Shown here piece after piece: positions 62,801 to 64,000 of a stretch of DNA of 64,000 nucleotides. Every line of letters starts with the position of its first letter. The first letter of the stretch is position 1. Origin of the DNA: Phoronis australis (Eukaryota > Animalia > Phoronida); contig NMRA01000009.1 of assembly GCA_002633005.1 (NCBI GenBank), positions 853,169-917,168 of the forward strand. The letters run 5' to 3'. The notes under the pieces were generated by a model. It was not told the origin of the DNA. It searched no databases and saw nothing but the letters and a program-made list of their open reading frames with translations. The position numbers and the translations under genes are program-made.

Positions 62801-63991
62801 GCATGATTATGAAGTAGATATTAATTAAATTGAAGTAAATTCTGCGTTATTGTTTTTTCTGTTACCAAACCAGTATAGCTGGCTCTTATAAGTATGACAG
62901 TTATGTACATAGTGTCATGCTGTTCAATCTTGTACAACATTGCTGGCTTGTGTAGTGACTTACTTGATACCCAAACAAGTTCATTTGCACATTTTTGATT
63001 AAACCATTTTCTGCGTTCTTGTCCTCGTTTTGGCTTTCATTGTGGTTTGTTGCTGCAGTATTCAGGGGTGATTTCCATAAGGCTAATCTATTGTAAGTTT
63101 GATGAAATCATTGTTGTGTTAGTTTTAGTATTCACAATGAGTCATTCTGTGTCTAACTTTCGTGTATTACTCTGTACTTTTACACTCTACTATTCAGGAG
63201 TTGTCTGGAGATCTTTTCCACTATTTGGTACCTACAAGAACTAGTTGTAACTCATACCTTCCTCGAAAACTTAACTTTTACTTTATACCACATAACTGTG
63301 TCACATGCCTGTGTAATAACCTACAAGGTTTTTGTTATTCTACAGGACATGGCAAAAAATATGAATTAAAACTTAGATACTTAGTATGAATATTTTAAAC
63401 TACACTAGCTGTTATATATAGGCGAATGTTATTAGCCTCGGTTGCTATGCTCAATGAGCATTTTCACTCGGCTTCATGAAAATATTTAATTAGCACAGCA
63501 ACTTTGACAAATAACATTGGCTCATTTAAAATCATGTGTAGTTTACCATATATTTATGCTGTCCCATTTTCATGACAGGTATGACTTTACTTTTACACTA
63601 CCACCAGACATGCTAGGCACAGTCATGTATGTGAACAGTGACAAAGAGGGAGGCATGGTTACTTACTCAATAGGGGCCATACTTTCACTAGCCACTGGAG
63701 GCTCTGTTTACTCAGATGAAGCCTTCGTCCCTGTACAGAGGCTGCTGTGTAGAGAAGACCCGTTCATCAGCCCGCAAGTCTGGTCTCGGTCGCCTGAGAA
63801 GGAGGAGAAAGAATCGACCGGGTTGACAGGTTCGGGGGGTGACATCATTGCCAGAGTGACCCTGCGACCTGGCATCTTTGTAGTCGATGGGCAAGACTTG
63901 ATGATCGACTTGCATGTGATCAACAAAAGCAAGAAGACCTTCAAGAAGGTCAAGGCATTTCTAGTCCAGCACATAAGGTTCAGGTACAAAG
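56900..63991 (+). CDS. Alpha-arrestin (arrestin domain-containing protein), 5' part; continues beyond the window
   Basis: Exons 56900-56910 (MADR, tentative), 58003-58129, 58307-58495, 61863-62008 and 63579-63991 are phase-compatible. Arrestin_N: VYYPGDTIRGSVTLTL..IAFLG..LCVGSYKYDFTFTLPPDM..GGMVTYSIGA. Arrestin_C start: GDIIARVTL..FVVDGQDLMIDLHVINKSKKTFKKVKAFLVQHIRF. Confidence 0.88.
58536..58803. repeat. 72-bp intronic tandem repeat, ~3.7 copies
   Basis: CACAT(A)CTGCCATTT at 58536, 58605, 58677 and 58749. Confidence 0.92.
59596..61404 (+). mobile_element. HINE/DINE-1-like (Helentron non-autonomous) element, copy C, full length, with ~450-bp higher-order tandem array
   Basis: T-runs at both ends. 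5' subTIR ATGCGCCCAC (59601) with inner IR GTGGACGCAT (59621), then a GTCC/GTCT tract and 11 monomers of ~141-161 bp. 3' subTIR GTGGGCGTAT (61370) and hairpin CAACGC-TCC-GCGTTG (61382-61396). Confidence 0.88.
62054..62483. mobile_element. Foldback element (Crypton-like, tentative) with a central 32-bp tandem array
   Basis: TAATCAAAGACATTAAA / TTTAATGTCTTTGATTA termini. Inner IR CTTGAGGAATGGTTGAATGACTAGAATGGTGGGACAGGTGGA. ACCGTTCCAAGCAGCGAGA at 62201, 62233, 62265, 62297 and 62329. Confidence 0.8.
63418..63525. mobile_element. Short palindromic element, Crypton-like (tentative)
   Basis: AATGTTATT..GTTGCTATGCT ... AGCACAGCAAC..AATAACATT mirror pairs around a CACTCGGCTTC core. Confidence 0.4.
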
Positions 63992-64000
63992 GTGAGACCA

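Overview
Intron-rich, repeat-rich animal genomic DNA, probably a marine bilaterian invertebrate (lophotrochozoan-like; inference), with two assembly gaps (8260-8969, 39570-39918). I reconstructed five host genes by hand from GT-AG splice sites. These are a divergent sigma-class glutathione S-transferase (+, 6313-12620), a small PDZ-only PDLIM/Zasp-like gene (+, 19492-34672), an intronless rhodopsin-class orphan GPCR (-, 35491-36546), a second, canonical sigma GST (-, 43392-53730) and an alpha-arrestin gene (+, 56900 to beyond the window end). The rest is mostly transposon-derived: a young Gypsy LTR element, TTAA-flanked Kolobok/THAP derivatives, a decayed LINE, hAT-like composite elements, Crypton-like foldbacks, Helentron-type (HINE/DINE-1-like) elements and many minisatellites. 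The most striking signal is that the HINE-like elements carry a ~150-bp tandem array, organised as a ~450-bp trimer, with a co-oriented CTCF-consensus-like motif in nearly every monomer. Other leads are an R14G/S64R swap in the G-site of a Met-rich GST, a Kolobok built from two left ends, and a palindromic bidirectional poly(A) signal between convergent genes. All assignments are by eye; no database searches were run.
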